Origin: Lingula anatina
Lineage: Eukaryota > Animalia > Brachiopoda
Direction: 5' to 3'
Assembly (NCBI GenBank): GCA_051362555.1
Contig: CM120646.1
Coordinates: forward strand, 13,020,001 to 13,084,000
Length of the DNA stretch: 64,000 nucleotides
Shown: in pieces, positions 11,401-52,035 of the stretch
How positions within the stretch are numbered: the stretch's first letter is position 1
How the letters are laid out: every line of letters begins with the position of its first letter
Program-made: the position numbers and the translations under genes
Notes under the pieces: generated by a model
Told to the model about the DNA's origin: nothing
Seen by the model: only the letters and a program-made list of their open reading frames with translations
The model's database searches: none

Positions 11401-13421
11401 CTCACCTGAATGCCACTACACTTGGTATACACAGATGGTCTTCTTTGTCAGGTATCACCCTCACCTGTCCAGTGACTGCATGATACACACCTATACATGA
11501 ATATGTGGTCCCTGAAGTATAGATAGAACTTATCTTTAAAACTGCATCCTTTAATTTCACAGCTGTGTGGCTCCCAACTAAGATTTTATCTTTGTTACGT
11601 GCCTGGGGTTTAATAATGGTACAGCATTCTAAGCCTTTGTGTCTGATTCAAATGAGTCTGTAGATCCCATTGTGTAACATACGCCTCGAGATTTTATCTT
11701 TAATTTGAAGAATATACTAGTGATTGGCATGAGGTTTAATATGATACTCAGTCTCATATCCAATTCAAAGAGACGTGTGGTTGGTTGCACATGTAATTGT
11801 TCACATTTACCAAAGGTATATTTATGGTTAATTTATATACCAAGGGTTATGTAACACTTCCCAATAAAATTCTTTTTTTTTTCCTGTGAATGTTACACTT
11901 ATAATGGTCTACAAAATATACATCAAAAGCCCTGTAGTCAGCAAATATACTAATTAGAAACTGCTCGTCCTTTCAATGCTGAAGCATTGTTCACTGTAAA
12001 AATCTACCCAAACAATTTTTCTTTAAAATATATTTCAGTACACAATTAAACATTTCTAGATATTCTTAAATGCCAGGGTTTTCTTGAAATGATAAATAAT
12101 GTTAATTGTTTTGTCACAGCCTCTGTAACACTGTAAATACCTACCTAAATCTATTCCTACAATCTTTGGCTTTGGAGGTGGCATGAACTTCTGACCAAAG
12201 TATCCTGCCAGCAGGAGGGCCAGTATGGAAGTGCCTAGAACAGAAAAAAAATGCTTTTCAGACAACAGAAATACCAGAATGATGGAGACAACTAAGTTTT
12301 AACATAGTTTTTAAACTACAGTTGATATATGACATCACACTGAAAAAGATCACAGATGTGATCGAAAGCTCTGTCAGGTATAGCTCAATTTTTTAGTGTA
12401 GAAATTGAAAAGTTTAATACTTGAATCATATATACGAGAGAGTATGAATATTGTTTTTGACTTACTAGTAAGGGACTGTTTTATAATTATATTTCTTTTG
12501 GTCTGATTAATATCTTTATACATTTAATATACATAAGCATTATATTATCTCAGTCTGTGCCATAAACTTTCCATCCTACTGGTCATTCGGACCATCAGTT
12601 TCCTAAAATCTACTGGTCCGAATGTCAGGATTCACTAGTTCGAAAAAAAATCAATAAGCCTAGACATTTTCCCCTATTGCGCTAATATGTGTAATAAGAA
12701 GAGCTTGATTTTATCGAAATTTCATTTTTTCAAATTTTGATTTCTTTATTTTTTATTTACAGTCATCATGTCACAGTTACATTTCATGAGAGATTTTATC
12801 AACTCAAAGGCTTTTTTGAAAACTTTAATGAGAAAAAATCTAATGGCCATGGTGGACCACTAAATTCACACTTTCTGAAAACTCTCCTGGTCCAAACAAA
12901 TTTTTACTTGTTGTGGGCGTAGGACCAGAGGCTAACATCACAGACTGTTATCTTGTAGTTATATATTTGAAGTTGACATACACCAGTACTGGCACTAAAC
13001 TAATTAATATGAATAGCAAAGACATTGATCAGCCCCCACATAACTTAACTTTGATAACCATTAGTATTACGATTAAAAATCAACGAGTCCTTTATATGGT
13101 TGTGGGAAAAGTTCTATTCTAAGCTGTTGAAAAATACACACATTCAAAAAACATTTGAAAGTGATCCCAAATTTTTCAAATATAAAGTTATCAAAGTAAA
13201 CCGAAGTACAGACTGCGAATTTCGACTGCCAAGTTAACATATGGCGAATATGCGTCAGGCGGATATATTATTATTAAAATGAGCTGCTTATGTACAGCTT
13301 TCATGTTACCTGCAAACCGGTGCTTTTAAAAACGGTTACACTAGCCAATGGAATATCTAACAAATATTTCCTTATGCTCCCAATATTACTGCTTACCTAA
13401 TATTGTTATTGCTGTGCTCAT
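8467..13421 (-). CDS. HSPA13: Heat shock 70 kDa protein 13 (STCH), 6 coding exons, 435 aa
   Basis: Exons 13421-13397, 12234-12145, 11511-11406, 10655-10511, 9631-9241, 9017-8467 (1308 nt, all GT-AG, in frame). [20 protein letters not shown] signal, [40 protein letters not shown]-terminus [11 protein letters not shown] with no substrate-binding domain, as in HSPA13. Confidence 0.95.
9860..10152. repeat. Local tandem duplications in an HSPA13 intron
   Basis: aaagcaggataccctaaagttctattct x2 (~9860, ~9896); tatctgaaaaattaatgattttctccaat...ggaatcattacactaagcataaccacca x2 (~9988, ~10087). Confidence 0.75.
10290..10464. mobile_element. Possible short TIR element
   Basis: TCTGGGATAGCGC...GTGCTACCCCAGA imperfect TIR; no clear TSD. 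Confidence 0.4.
12551..12947. mobile_element. Non-autonomous DNA transposon, 9-bp TIR, 6-bp TSD (hAT-like)
   Basis: CAGTCTGTG...CACAGACTG flanked by TTATCT on both sides (12545-12550, 12948-12953); internal ctactggtc/ggacca subterminal motifs. Confidence 0.7.
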
Positions 13422-13559
13422 TGTCTTCTTCTTGTACAGTTTTTTATTGGGAGATTCATTTAGCGACACATCATGCTTATTTCAAACCGGAAATAAAAAT
13501 TAAACCGGACATACGTCATTGCGCGAGACTGACCTCGAAATCATATGACCTTCTGAAAG
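13422..13559. promoter_or_regulatory. Bidirectional promoter HSPA13/ATP6V1A
   Basis: 138 bp between divergent ATGs; contains CCGGAAAT (ETS-like), TACGTCA (CRE-like), GCGCGAGA and TCATATGA (E-box). Confidence 0.65.
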
Positions 13560-20816
<7,257 letters not shown>

Positions 20817-21738
20817 AGCCAGTTGCCTGTGGCCTTTATCTTACATGACATTTGACTGACCCTAGGATCACCCTGCTGTATATTGACCAACAATAGATAT
20901 ATGTTAACACACACATACACACACACTTACACACATAGACACACACTTACACACTTGTGAATACTATCACAACCTTGCACATGTAGAAATAATGATATAT
21001 CTGGTCACCAGGTGGCAGTCACTGTAGCAGACACGTGGGGTTAAGTTCACAGAGAAGGCGTAGTGGTTAGAAAAAAATTGTCTAGATTCTAGATAGATTA
21101 TTACCCTTTTTGGACGTTATTTATTGGTCATCTAATTGAAAAATGAAGATATTTTGAAACTAAAAGCGCCAAAGTGTGTCATGCACCAATATAAGGTCTT
21201 GATAGTGTTGTACAAAATTAAATGTGATACCCTGTAGAATCGGCATGAAAATCAAACTTTTCTGTGTATTTCTTCCAATGATGAAAACAACAGCAGCAGG
21301 ACTGAATCTTCTACTGACTGTTTTGAATTTCTTAGTCGATGGACTGTACGTCACATTGTTAAAAGGCCGCATATAATTAATGTGAGAAAGTGGACTGTCA
21401 GCAGTGATGTTTGTTACTTAATGTGTTATATGATATGCATAATTGTTTCCCCTCAACAGAGCATATTATATCTGTATTTACATGTGCGGCATGTTGTATA
21501 CACTATACCTTTTCACATCCCAATCACACCCTGAGTCGTGTGACACGTGCTACAGGCAGCTTTGTACGTCAAAGGTGAAGGAAATATTTATATATGTGTA
21601 TTTTTGAACTGTACATTGTGATACTGTAAAAATTACCGTAACTTGTAAATCATGGAATGTTGCGATTAGAGTTAGAAAACTTGCAGGAATTAATTGTGTA
21701 CCAAAACAATGCGATGGTTATGCTGGAGTACAAAGAAG

Positions 21739-21744
21739 AATAAA
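21739..21744 (+). terminator. Candidate polyadenylation signal of ATP6V1A
   Basis: AATAAA ~920 nt after the stop, followed by a GT/T-rich tract. Confidence 0.5.
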
Positions 21745-22247
21745 TAACCTGTACTCTGAATGGTGTCTGTTGTTATTAAAATTTATAATTGCATGATTTG
21801 TCAATGTGCAAATCTTGAGACGTAAATTTTCTTTGCGTGTCTAAAGCAGTTTTTTAAAGAAATTCATAGATCTTAGTTAAAATACTATTCTTTGTAACCC
21901 ATGTGTCTCAAAGCAGCAATAATGATAGGCTAAAACACGATGAAAGCTTTTCCCAATAAAGGAAATTCTGAAAACGATTCTTCTGTATGAAAAATTGCAG
22001 CATTATACTTTGAAAATACAAAAAGAAAAAATGAAAAGTCATTTTATTTCAAAGTACTGGTGGGCTGCGTCTTGAATATTTATCTTAAAATAATTGTAAT
22101 GAAAAGCTTAGTTTTATTTTCAAAAAGGTTGAGGTCTATCACCCTCAATTATATTATCCAGGTTGATATCTTTTTACAAACAAGGGCAGTTTCAGATGCA
22201 TTGCACGCCGTCCCAACGAGGCCGCACGTCATTAGGCACAGTGCTAT

Positions 22248-22809
22248 TAGTCCGTGGCTTAAGGAAAAAATCGTGACACGGCGGATAAAAGCACCAAATT
22301 TTGCATGTGGGTACCTTTTGACATTCTTAATCAAATTAGAGCCGTAGCCCAAGGAAAAAATTTACCGTTTGGCCAAAAAATCCAAAATGGCCGCCAATTT
22401 ATTGAATTCTTTACAAATATGTACATACCTATGTTCATTTTTATCAAATAAATTATTTTCTCAGAGTTTTCCACACCCTTATTACCCATTTAAGCCATCT
22501 TGGATTTTTCAATAAGTCCAAGGACACTAGTTTGTTATCTGATACATATGCATAATATGGGTAATAAGGATGTGGAAAACATTGAGAAAATACTTAATTT
22601 GATAAAAATCAACATAGATATGTATATATTTCTACAAAATTTCACAAACTGGCGGCCATTTTGGATTTTTTGGCCAAACGGTAATTTTTTTCCGTGGGCT
22701 ACGGCTCTAATTTGATTTAGTATGTCAAAAGGTACCCACATGCAAAATTTGGTGCTTTTATCCGCTGTGTCACGATTTGGCCATTTTTTTGCCCTAAGCA
22801 ACCGGACTA
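22248..22809. mobile_element. Non-autonomous foldback element with long TIRs, Academ-like
   Basis: TAGTCCG...CGGACTA termini, ~250-bp inverted arms, TAT on both sides (22245-22247, 22810-22812). TAG..CTA ends with 3-4-bp TSD match my recollection of Academ. Confidence 0.7.
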
Positions 22810-24280
22810 TATGCAGTGCGCTGTGACTTGAATTCACCCGCGTTCAAACTTGGTCCAGTCGCCTTCTGCCCACTGCCGGGGACCCTTTTCCCAGTTGTCA
22901 ATTAACTTCCATCCAGGGGCAGATCCAGGATTATTCAACAAGAACTTCAATTAAATTTTCAATTTAAATTTTACAATAAAGGACACCCATCCACAAATGG
23001 TTTGTCGGTCATATAGGTTAGTCAATTAATTCAAGGTCCCGGAAAAGACCATTTTGTTTCTTATTTGCAAGTAATGAAGAGGCCCCTTTTTGTATAGAGC
23101 TTATAATGTTGTCGCCCAAAAGGTTCTACGTGAGAAAATCGAATGTCATCAACCCACTTTTCTTTGCATCCTGTATACTGGTGTAAATTAGAATAAAGAC
23201 GCCCGCGGTGCGTTTTCCTTCATGTAAGTATCTTGTTGGTTTTGGGAGATAAATCTGAGTTATCTGCTAGGTAAGTGAACTTCAGTGGAAACAAATCTAA
23301 ATCATCACGTTTCGTATCTCTTATTAACGCTATTGCATTTTTAAAATGTAAATGTGAAACTATAATGGGGCGTTGTAGCATGAACAAAGTAGGCCTACAT
23401 CATGGCGTTAGTCTCTCAAAGGTGTAAGCTGATGTCAAACAGTACTTGAACAAATAGTTACACTTTGTGTAAGGCAGTGAGATGAATACACAATGCAGTT
23501 ATTGCTACATGTGGTATTTTCTTAAGCAATATCATTTTTTATATATTCACCACCTCCGATATTAGCAAATCCAATATTCTACTTATATGGCTTGTTCGTA
23601 GTATTATAAAAAGAAAAAAATAATTGTCATAAATATATATTTTACAATAACCACCCTTTAATTAGAAAAAAAAAACGTAAAACAAACCCAATGGTATAAA
23701 GTCAATATAGTCTTAATACCCCTGTCAGTACAAGTATACATGTTTATGGAGGGAGGTGTACTGATTATACTTATGGACCGGAGTTTAATTCGATCAAGAA
23801 CGGGTGAACTTAAAGATTTCTGCACTAAAATGGATGGCTTAACTGATGTGATGAAGAAAGGATAAATAATCACGGACAAAATTTAATGGAATGGCTGATA
23901 AAGACAAAAAAGTGTACCACGGAAGAAATCTAAAGGAATGGATTATTCCATAATGTGAACAGAGGAAAATCTGGAAGACTATTTCGTAAACCGTATTTAC
24001 ACATGTACTTTAAAGGCGTCCAAGCTGTTTTGTCGCAAAGTTGAATTTTCCTAAAAAAAAAAAATGCACTTCTTTCCTATAAAATAGAAAATAAAAAAAA
24101 ATGACCGACCTGTTCCTGCTTTGTACCTTCCGGCTTTGTGCCTTTTCTAATTAAATAATTTAGTTCTAAATGATGGGCAATCACTTAAGAATAATAAGAA
24201 GAATTAGAAAAAATTAGTATAGTAATTAAGAAAAAACAGGATAGCAATATGCATTGGCAAAATACCAAACCAGTTTCTTA

Positions 24281-24575
24281 GAGCGCATTCAAATCAAGTT
24301 AATCCGCGGACTAAGTCTATTCCACGGATCAAATATGGCCGACCCACTTAAAAGCAATGCCGATCAGTCCCCCTGATGGTCTCCCAGCCTCCACATGCGC
24401 CGTCTCTGCAGAGGCCTAGCAATTGAACCTCAGAGCAGAGATTAATACGGTTTAATGGCGCGTTTGGAGGCGAGGAGACCATTTTAGGGGATTAGGCGGC
24501 TTGCTTTAAAGTGGGGTCGGCCATATTTCATCGGTGAATCAGTCAATCTTCGAATCATCTGCTCTGAATGCGACC
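24281..24575. mobile_element. Palindromic MITE (PIF/Harbinger-like)
   Basis: GAGCGCATTCA...TGAATGCGACC ends, internal inverted arms (aaatatggccgaccc / gggtcggccatattt), flanks TTA/TTG; related partial copy at ~52850-52985. Confidence 0.65.
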
Positions 24576-26109
24576 TTGGGAGGTATGAAGAAGTGATGAG
24601 AATATCAGTAGAATCGGCCAAGTTGTGTTTTGATACTAGTTTCATACCCTAAGGGATGGAAAAAAAAGAACCCATTCCACCAGTTCCGAAAGTTAAAAGT
24701 CTTGACAAATCATTTCTTGACGAGATAATTTTATCGTATTTAGAACATATGTATTCATCGACAATTAAATTGGGTTAAGGCGAAATGATTCTGCCGAAAA
24801 AGAGAAAGATATTGTTAAGATACTAGCCTTCAGTGTCTAAGTTGGTCCAAATTCGGGAAAAAGGCCCTTAGGCCAAGGACAGTGTGGTCAGTTGATAACC
24901 GAATTGACACGTTGTGGAGTGTGATATTTTAGAACTAGATTTAAGTTCATTTTTTTACAACACAGTTACAGTTACAGAAAGAGAAAAAATGAAGGGCTTG
25001 ATATTTATAAGTGTTACATACATGATGACACCTACAAATAGCTGTACGCTTTTATAAGAGGAATTTATTTATGTACTAATAAATCAATGCGGATACCAAT
25101 GGGAAGATATATTAGGCTTTAATAGTTTATTTTACAATGCAGAATCATGTAATGCTGAATGTCAAGAACACTCCATGGTTACCAAGTAATAGTAGGCCTA
25201 TAGCTTATCATCTACGGTATTTGCCATGTATGATAATGATTCTCCTCGAGCCAATAGTGGCATCAATTTAAAGGAGTACTTCTCTATCTGATAAAAGTCA
25301 TTTGCTCAATTTTCTGCGCACTTTGATCACTTCAAAGGTTAAAACGAGAGAACCGGATTTTGCATGTCGTCCCTGTTTATTTGCACGTAGGCGTTAATCT
25401 TGTCAGCTACCTACTCGTACATATGCCATGTAAATCATTTTGTTTGTGGCCCACTGTAGTTATTGGTTACAGTGTGAATAATTAAGCTCTAAATTCTGTC
25501 GGCAACTTGTCCTAAATATGCCACGTACCGGACTTCATTTTTTTTTTTTTTTTTGTTAAATTATTTGTGAACCTCTCCACAAAATACGATAAACCCTTTA
25601 CCATCCAGACACATTGCCTGACACAGGGTTCCCCTTCTCTTACAGCGTGCTTGTATAGAACAATTTTCTCACCTGGCAACCTGACCAGCAAAGCAAGTTG
25701 GGTAACACAATGGGATACGTCACAGCAATCAAAACTACGTGTAGCCGAGTATGGAATAACAAATCGACTATACCGTAAATAAACCACCAATTTCTTTATT
25801 CTTATTTGCACATACACCTGATGAACGACGACTGACTAAAGGATAACGTAGACTAACGCCAAAAAGTATGGCGCGGGGAATTGATATTTTCAGCTCACGT
25901 GACTCACGAGACTGAAAAAGCGGGAGTACGTGACACAACTTGACATCTTGTCACAATCGAGGGGAGATATACGGTGGGGGGGGTTCAGGATTGATGGGGC
26001 AGAAAAAAACACATCCCGACGCATTGTCGTCACTAAATAAGCATTTTTACAAAAATGTAGATTATAAATGGATGGTAAAATATATCAGCCATTCACAGAC
26101 ATTGATAGT

Positions 26110-26294
26110 CTGAAAGGGGCCGTAGCAATAGTCCGAAGGTTCAATAGTCCGAAGGTTCATTGGTCCGAATGTTCACTACAGAACCTTCGGACCAATGAAC
26201 CCTTGATTAAAAAACCGATGAAAATGTTACCGTTTTTCGGACCAATGAACCTTCGGACCAATGAACCTTCGGACTATCGAGACGCCCCCGTCAG
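26110..26294. mobile_element. MITE with inverted arrays of 16-bp subterminal repeats
   Basis: tRgtccgaaggttcaW units on the left and inverted gaaccttcggaccaat units on the right; GGGGC/GCCCC-rich ends. Confidence 0.7.
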
Positions 26295-26523
26295 AAACGG
26301 TTTGCAACACTAACGTGCCAGGGGTATTTTCCGTCTCTTAAACACTGACAGGAGTTTCAATAGTTTTATATAGTATGATGTTAGGGTAGCGTAGAGTGGT
26401 ATATTACAGGACCCCCCTCCTTACAACATGACATGCTTCATGTGTGCCAATCTCATTTAACACTTGTAACTGAAGATTGTAATCATTCCACCAGACCCTT
26501 TTCAAATTGTTTTCCAGAACACC

Positions 26524-46240
<19,717 letters not shown>

Positions 46241-46621
46241 CTGAATACAAAACTCATCCAAATCAAAATAAATACTCCAGACGCGTTTGCCTGTACCTTG
46301 TATTACGGACAGTGGAATCAACATTCTGTCGGAATATGAAATTCCTGAGCAATACTGTAGCAGAAGAATTCCGTATATCTCATTCTAGATATGTACAACC
46401 GTATATAGTGGTTTACATGTATTTACAGTCCACAGAACAGAGGAATCAGGGAACTATGGTAATATTTAAAAACTGGTATACGCTCGAAGTGTAGGGTCAA
46501 AGTGTGATGAAGACCAGCATGGTCTATGGCGGATGAATGCCAGTGGAACTGGATAACTTTTGGTACTGCAGATATATTTTATCCCAGAGTAATATTCAAG
46601 ATTTTGATTGCCGTATCACAC

Positions 46622-46659
<38 letters not shown>

Positions 46660-48707
46660 CATTTACTTATTGTTAATGCTCTGATAAATTAGGTTACCCA
46701 TCTCATTATCGGTATAGAAATGGTGAAGTTTTTTCGTGGATTGTGATATGTGAAGTCTTTTTATACGTCTTGAATACATGAATGTGCCTTCTGGGAAACC
46801 AATCTTTGCGCATTGAAAACGTGCAGATAGTGAATTAGTATAACATACGTTAGATGTCGTTATTCAGTGTCTTTATTTAGAGGCCACGTCTGTATGTTAT
46901 GTATCTTTACTGTAATTGCTGATCCGCTGTAGGGTCCAGGCCAAAGTAAAGGTTTATATTTGAGACAAAAAGTTAAGTTATGAGTTTTAAACTTGTCTGA
47001 GAAAAACTGGAACAAAAATCAGACCAACGGTTTGAATATTTTATACACTGTGTCATCAAAATTGTAGAGTAAACAGAAACCAACTCGGATTAAGGGTAGA
47101 ATCAATCTGCTGTTGTGGTTGAAAATGAACATAGTCTCAAATAATAACTGCTGGTTGTTCAGCTATACAATCTATCAATAAGTAACAATCAGTCGGTATT
47201 TTGGAATGAAACGTATTTCATCATTGGGTTTGATACACGAGAAGCGAGTAATATTGGATATCTTTGCTAAACATTCATAATCCAGCTCTCTACTCGAACT
47301 TTGTTTGTGATAGATATGTGATGGGTCATGTTTGTACAGTTGCTATCCGTAACATTAAATGCATTTTCTTAAAATTCAAGCAAAAGAATCTTTTCAGAAA
47401 CTGCAAGTGTGATGACAAAATTTTTTGGTAATTTTATACGGCGTGGTGGATTTACATATTGAATTTTTCTACTTGGGAAAATATTTCCTACACAGTTTTT
47501 TTAGTTTGAATGATACACGTGCCCGTTGGTTAAATGACTTATCTTTTCATTCAAGGTGCCTATGAAATATTAAGCAGAATATACCTAAGATTTTTTTACA
47601 ATTTTACCGGTACTTAAATTCTGTAAACGGAAAAATATTATTTGAAATAAAACTACATTTTAAACATGTCTTTCTGTTTTCAATGTACAATGCTGCAATT
47701 TTTTCATACGAAAATACATTTTTTTCAGAATTTGCTTCATTTTGGAAAAAGTGTAATCATCCCAATTTGAATATTTCATATTATTTTTTTTATATATTTT
47801 GCTTTTTGTGCAAATTAAAAGAAAATATTATTATTACATAAATACATCGTGAGAGAAATATCTTCATCTTAACAGTGGTTGTCTAGATTTAAAGGATGGG
47901 CAATATATACCTCTGCATGTTGATATAGTATGCACATAAGGTACATTTTGATAACAATAGCACACTATTCACCGTACAGGGGATTCATATTTTCTATGTG
48001 CCCCTCACATCCAACATGATATACGCAATAAACAATTGTATTGTTCTGGTCCACAAGTAATTATTGCAAATTGGATATCTCTGACTTCAGTATCCCGTGA
48101 TTTACAAGGTGTGGGGGTGTTCACAGTATTATAATGCACAGTCCCAAAATGCGTCTATAAATATCCCCACACTTAGGCGTTAAGTAGCAATCTGTAGCAC
48201 GTGTTATCCGATGTTAAGTTTTTAAAAGATACGAGGGCCTCTGGTGGAGAGAAGTTATCAGTTTAAAAACTTTTACGAGACGAGCATCGAACAAAGAACC
48301 TGCCGTAAACAGTACGTAGGAGGAAGTGTTAAAAAATAAAATAAAAAAAAAACATAACGAAACAGTTGACGTTGAAAAAGATGACAGGACCAAGGCCGAA
48401 AACTGAGGTAATTCAACAAAGCAAGCACTTTTACGACAACTGAGGGAAATCTGGTTGTTGAGATACTGATACAAACCGGATGATAGAACTGTGGCTAAAT
48501 TAATGAGGAGGCTTGCGGATTAGTGATTTATTAGAGCCACGGAAACCATTCATAAAGCAAGGAAATGAAAGATTGCTAGGTCAATGCATGCAATCAAGGA
48601 GTAATTGGATTTCAATCCCGTGGAACATCTGATGTTTCCGATGTACAATTAGAATAAAAACGTGTTTATACTGCTCGTCTTTCCACTGGTACACAGGTTT
48701 AAACGGC

Positions 48708-49858
48708 ATGCTGAGATTAAAGCAGTCAATACGGCCGCCTTTGGCCCTCTTGTTAATGCTACTGAGTTTTAAGCCAGGGAATTGTGATGAATATGGTGAG
48801 TAGAAAACCGGAATTTAAAAGAAGTAATTAGAAATAAAAAGTTTAATTTGGTCTTTATTTTGTTAACTTTGCTGATGCGTTTGATAAATCGTACATTTTA
48901 AAATAATGCTACTTGTAACTCGGTGAGAACGAGTGAAAATATTACAGTGGTACAAAGGTTCTATTTTTTTTTCAATTTATGTTTGAGTTTGAATGAATGG
49001 CAACTGAAAGTCCGGTATTTTGCTTATTTATAATGCCGATTTTGGAAAAAAGAGGGTCTTTTTTAATCTACAGAGGCTTGTCATTCAAGTAACTAATATA
49101 ATTTTCACTTCTTACTTATCATGGAAATAAGAATTAAGCACAATGCAGCTGTAAGTGTCATAGTTTCAACCACTGTTATCGTATTTTATCACATTTTGTT
49201 TCAGCAAACTGCCGCAGTCCTCTAGGAATGCAGTCTGGCGACATTCCAGACTCTGCCATCACAGCGAGCTCATCGTATGAAGTGGAGACTGTAGGTGCCA
49301 AATTTGCCAGGTAAGGTGGTTTTTACTCGTTGGAATGCTATAATGAAAAAATAAGGGTTATGATCCCCCCTCCCCCTGAAAAAAACTTTCCTAGGGTTGG
49401 CGCCCGTCTGTTTATAACTTCATGGTGTCGGTGACATATAGAGGACACTGCTAGGGCCATATATGTATATAGATATTGAAAATAAGCTTCGAATAAATAG
49501 CATGCGAATAGGTACAAGGAAAATTTATGAATGCAATATTACCAATTCAAACCTGTATGAAGTGGGAGTATATTCTTTGTGAAAAAGACGGCTCAGTTAA
49601 TTGTCGAAGATTTTTTTATCAGCATTCATTGTAATTTAATCATATATATATATATTGTTACTGCATTTCCAGAATTCGTACAGAGGAGAAAGGGGGAGCA
49701 TGGTGCCCACGCCATCAGATTGCACCCAATGTGTACGAATATCTCCAGATTGATCTCCAGTCATTGCATGTGATCACAACGGTGGAGACCCAGGGACGGT
49801 TTGGAAATGGGCAGGTCAGTGGTGCATACATGTGCACACATGCGCACACGCGCACTGG

Positions 49859-49900
<42 letters not shown>

Positions 49901-52035
49901 CAGTCCCAGGAATGGCAGTTCGGAGCCCCATATGATTAGTACAGGTCAGGGTTTGTCGGATTATTGGGGTTAGTATATGGGACGAGTGTCACCTGTATAG
50001 TGCAAAGTGACGGGAAACGGACTACCTGGTTCTTTGCGGACTACCATTCCTGTCACACCGGTTGTTCGGTCCGTAACCATACCGAATCCAGTCATGCGCT
50101 ATGGTATAGTTGCTGTTGAAGCCAACATTTGTTCTTTTTTCCTCAATAAAATGTGTTGTTGATAATTACAATGCTATCCACCCATTTCTTCACATGTTCT
50201 GATTTTAGGGGCAGGAGTATATGGACAAATACCTGTTAGAATACAAGAGGGAGGAGGATGAACCCTGGACAAAGTACAGGGATGAAAAGGGACCCAAGGT
50301 ATGTCTATGGCAACTAGGTTCCCACTCAGCTACCAATGAACCACGGCAGGGGCGGATTTAGGCCGTCTTCTGGGTCTTCTGGAAGACGGTCAGATTTTCA
50401 AGTTTACATTGTCAGCCATCTAATGTTTTCTGTCGGAAGACGGTCAAAAATGGAACATGGATCAACAAAGATAATTTGGAAGACTGTCAGAAAATATCTC
50501 TGGATCCGCCCCTGCACGGTGCATATAACTTCTAGAATTTTTGAATCAACAATTGTCATAGAGCTAACAAAACGTTCTCTGTTTAAGCTAGGCCACTCGT
50601 TTGTCCTTGTTCTGCTTCAACAGTCACTGGAATAAGATTCTGTCAATGGGTGACCTTTGCATATCAAATATCACATTTTATAATTTGCCAAGAGGAGCTT
50701 GCCACAAGGGACACCACCCAGGTCGTTATTACAAGGATATAACTATGCCTGTGTCTTGGTCTCGACTACTGATAGTAAACATGACTAAATAATTCCTCAT
50801 GTTAAAAAAACAAGAATCATCCACCCAAGGGCACTTGCACCCCTAGGAATATTAAGGTTCTATAACTGTTTTCCTCTAAGTAAAACATGCAATACAAATA
50901 CTGTTACATATAAGATTATTCACCTATAAAAAATCCAACTATTAAGCAGCCCAGTGACCTCTCACCTAAGTGTTTTTCTTCAAAGTAAAACGTACATGAT
51001 AAAACTGTTTGATGAAACATTGATAAGTCCGAGAAAAAAACTAAATAAATGTAAAAAAAAGAGAAATTATTAAGCGCCCCCTGGACCCCACCCACATGGA
51101 TATCTTTATGCCACTGATGGGTCTTGCCTGAAGATAAAAAATAACATCAATATGTTTTGTCTTTTAGATCTTCCAGGGCAATACAAACACTTACCTAGCC
51201 GAGCAAAGGGCGGTGGATCCTCCAATTATAGCCAGGAAGATCCGTTTTGTACCGTATAGTGACAAACCCAGCACTGTCTGTACAAGGGTGGAGCTCTATG
51301 GATGCCCGTGGGGAGGTAAGAACGCGGGGAAAGGCCGGGGGTGTTGGGGGTGGGGTAGAAAGCGATTTCGCCTGAACGAAAAGTATGATGCATATGTAAT
51401 GCAACAGGTAACCTATGATTGAGTATTTGATGCTAGGAACGACTGTCGTGGAGTGGAATCCACTTGTTGGTGAGCCATTGATCTAGCTGATTGAAATCTA
51501 CTAGAGAGGAGTGGTCGCTGAAATTGTTGCGCTAAATGGTGTCATAAGGGTGCATATTAAGAGAAAAGGCAGATCAGTTCAATTTCTGGACGTTCCTCTG
51601 CAGAATGAAATGTTTGGCAACGCTTGCACGTTGAGGGCAAGTTGTGGAATGACTAAAAGACCTATCCTTTGGAGATATGGCATTACCAGCTACATCAAGA
51701 TTTCATTCATTACCCAAAGTTTTACTTCAGCTCCCTAAATTATTAAAATAATCACTTTTAACGGGTGCAAAATTTATGTTATTGCAACAAAGTTGAAGTG
51801 GATATGTCATCCAATATAGAATATTGACATTGTCTTAGAATTTTTATAATGTAATAATAGTAGATATGGTACACTTCTAAATCTTAAAAAGCGGGTGATC
51901 CTAACTTCTTTTGAGAAGTTGATTATGTAAATCTTGAGATCAGGTTAATATTGCTGTGTAGGATTTGTTGTCACCCCATTCGTGTAAGCAGATTATAATT
52001 CAGCACCCTTTTCAACTTTTCCAGGGTCCAGTTAA
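48708..52035 (+). CDS. DDR-like discoidin (FA58C/DS) domain protein: signal peptide + one DS domain, apparently ~194 aa and secreted
   Basis: Exons 48708-48795, 49205-49310, 49673-49814, 50209-50298, 51168-51315, tentative last exon 52025-52035. CRSPLGMQSGDIPDSAITASS, GGAWCP, EYLQIDL, ETQGRFGNGQGQEY, FQGNTNTY, DPPIIARKIRFVP, CTRVELYGCPW resemble the DDR1/2 DS domain. The 3' end is uncertain. Confidence 0.8.
50347..50514. mobile_element. Short TIR element with 5-bp TSD (hAT5-like)
   Basis: CAGGGGCGGAT...ATCCGCCCCTG flanked by CACGG on both sides; a half-site CAGGGGCAGATCCAGG also at ~22915. Confidence 0.7.

Noticed and set aside
22060-22837. Mirror-image ORFs on both strands
   Set aside because: Products of the palindromic foldback element; no transposase motifs.
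26125-26280. 16-bp repeats resembling a CRISPR array
   Set aside because: Eukaryotic context, no spacers, and inverted orientation in the two halves; these are MITE subterminal repeats.
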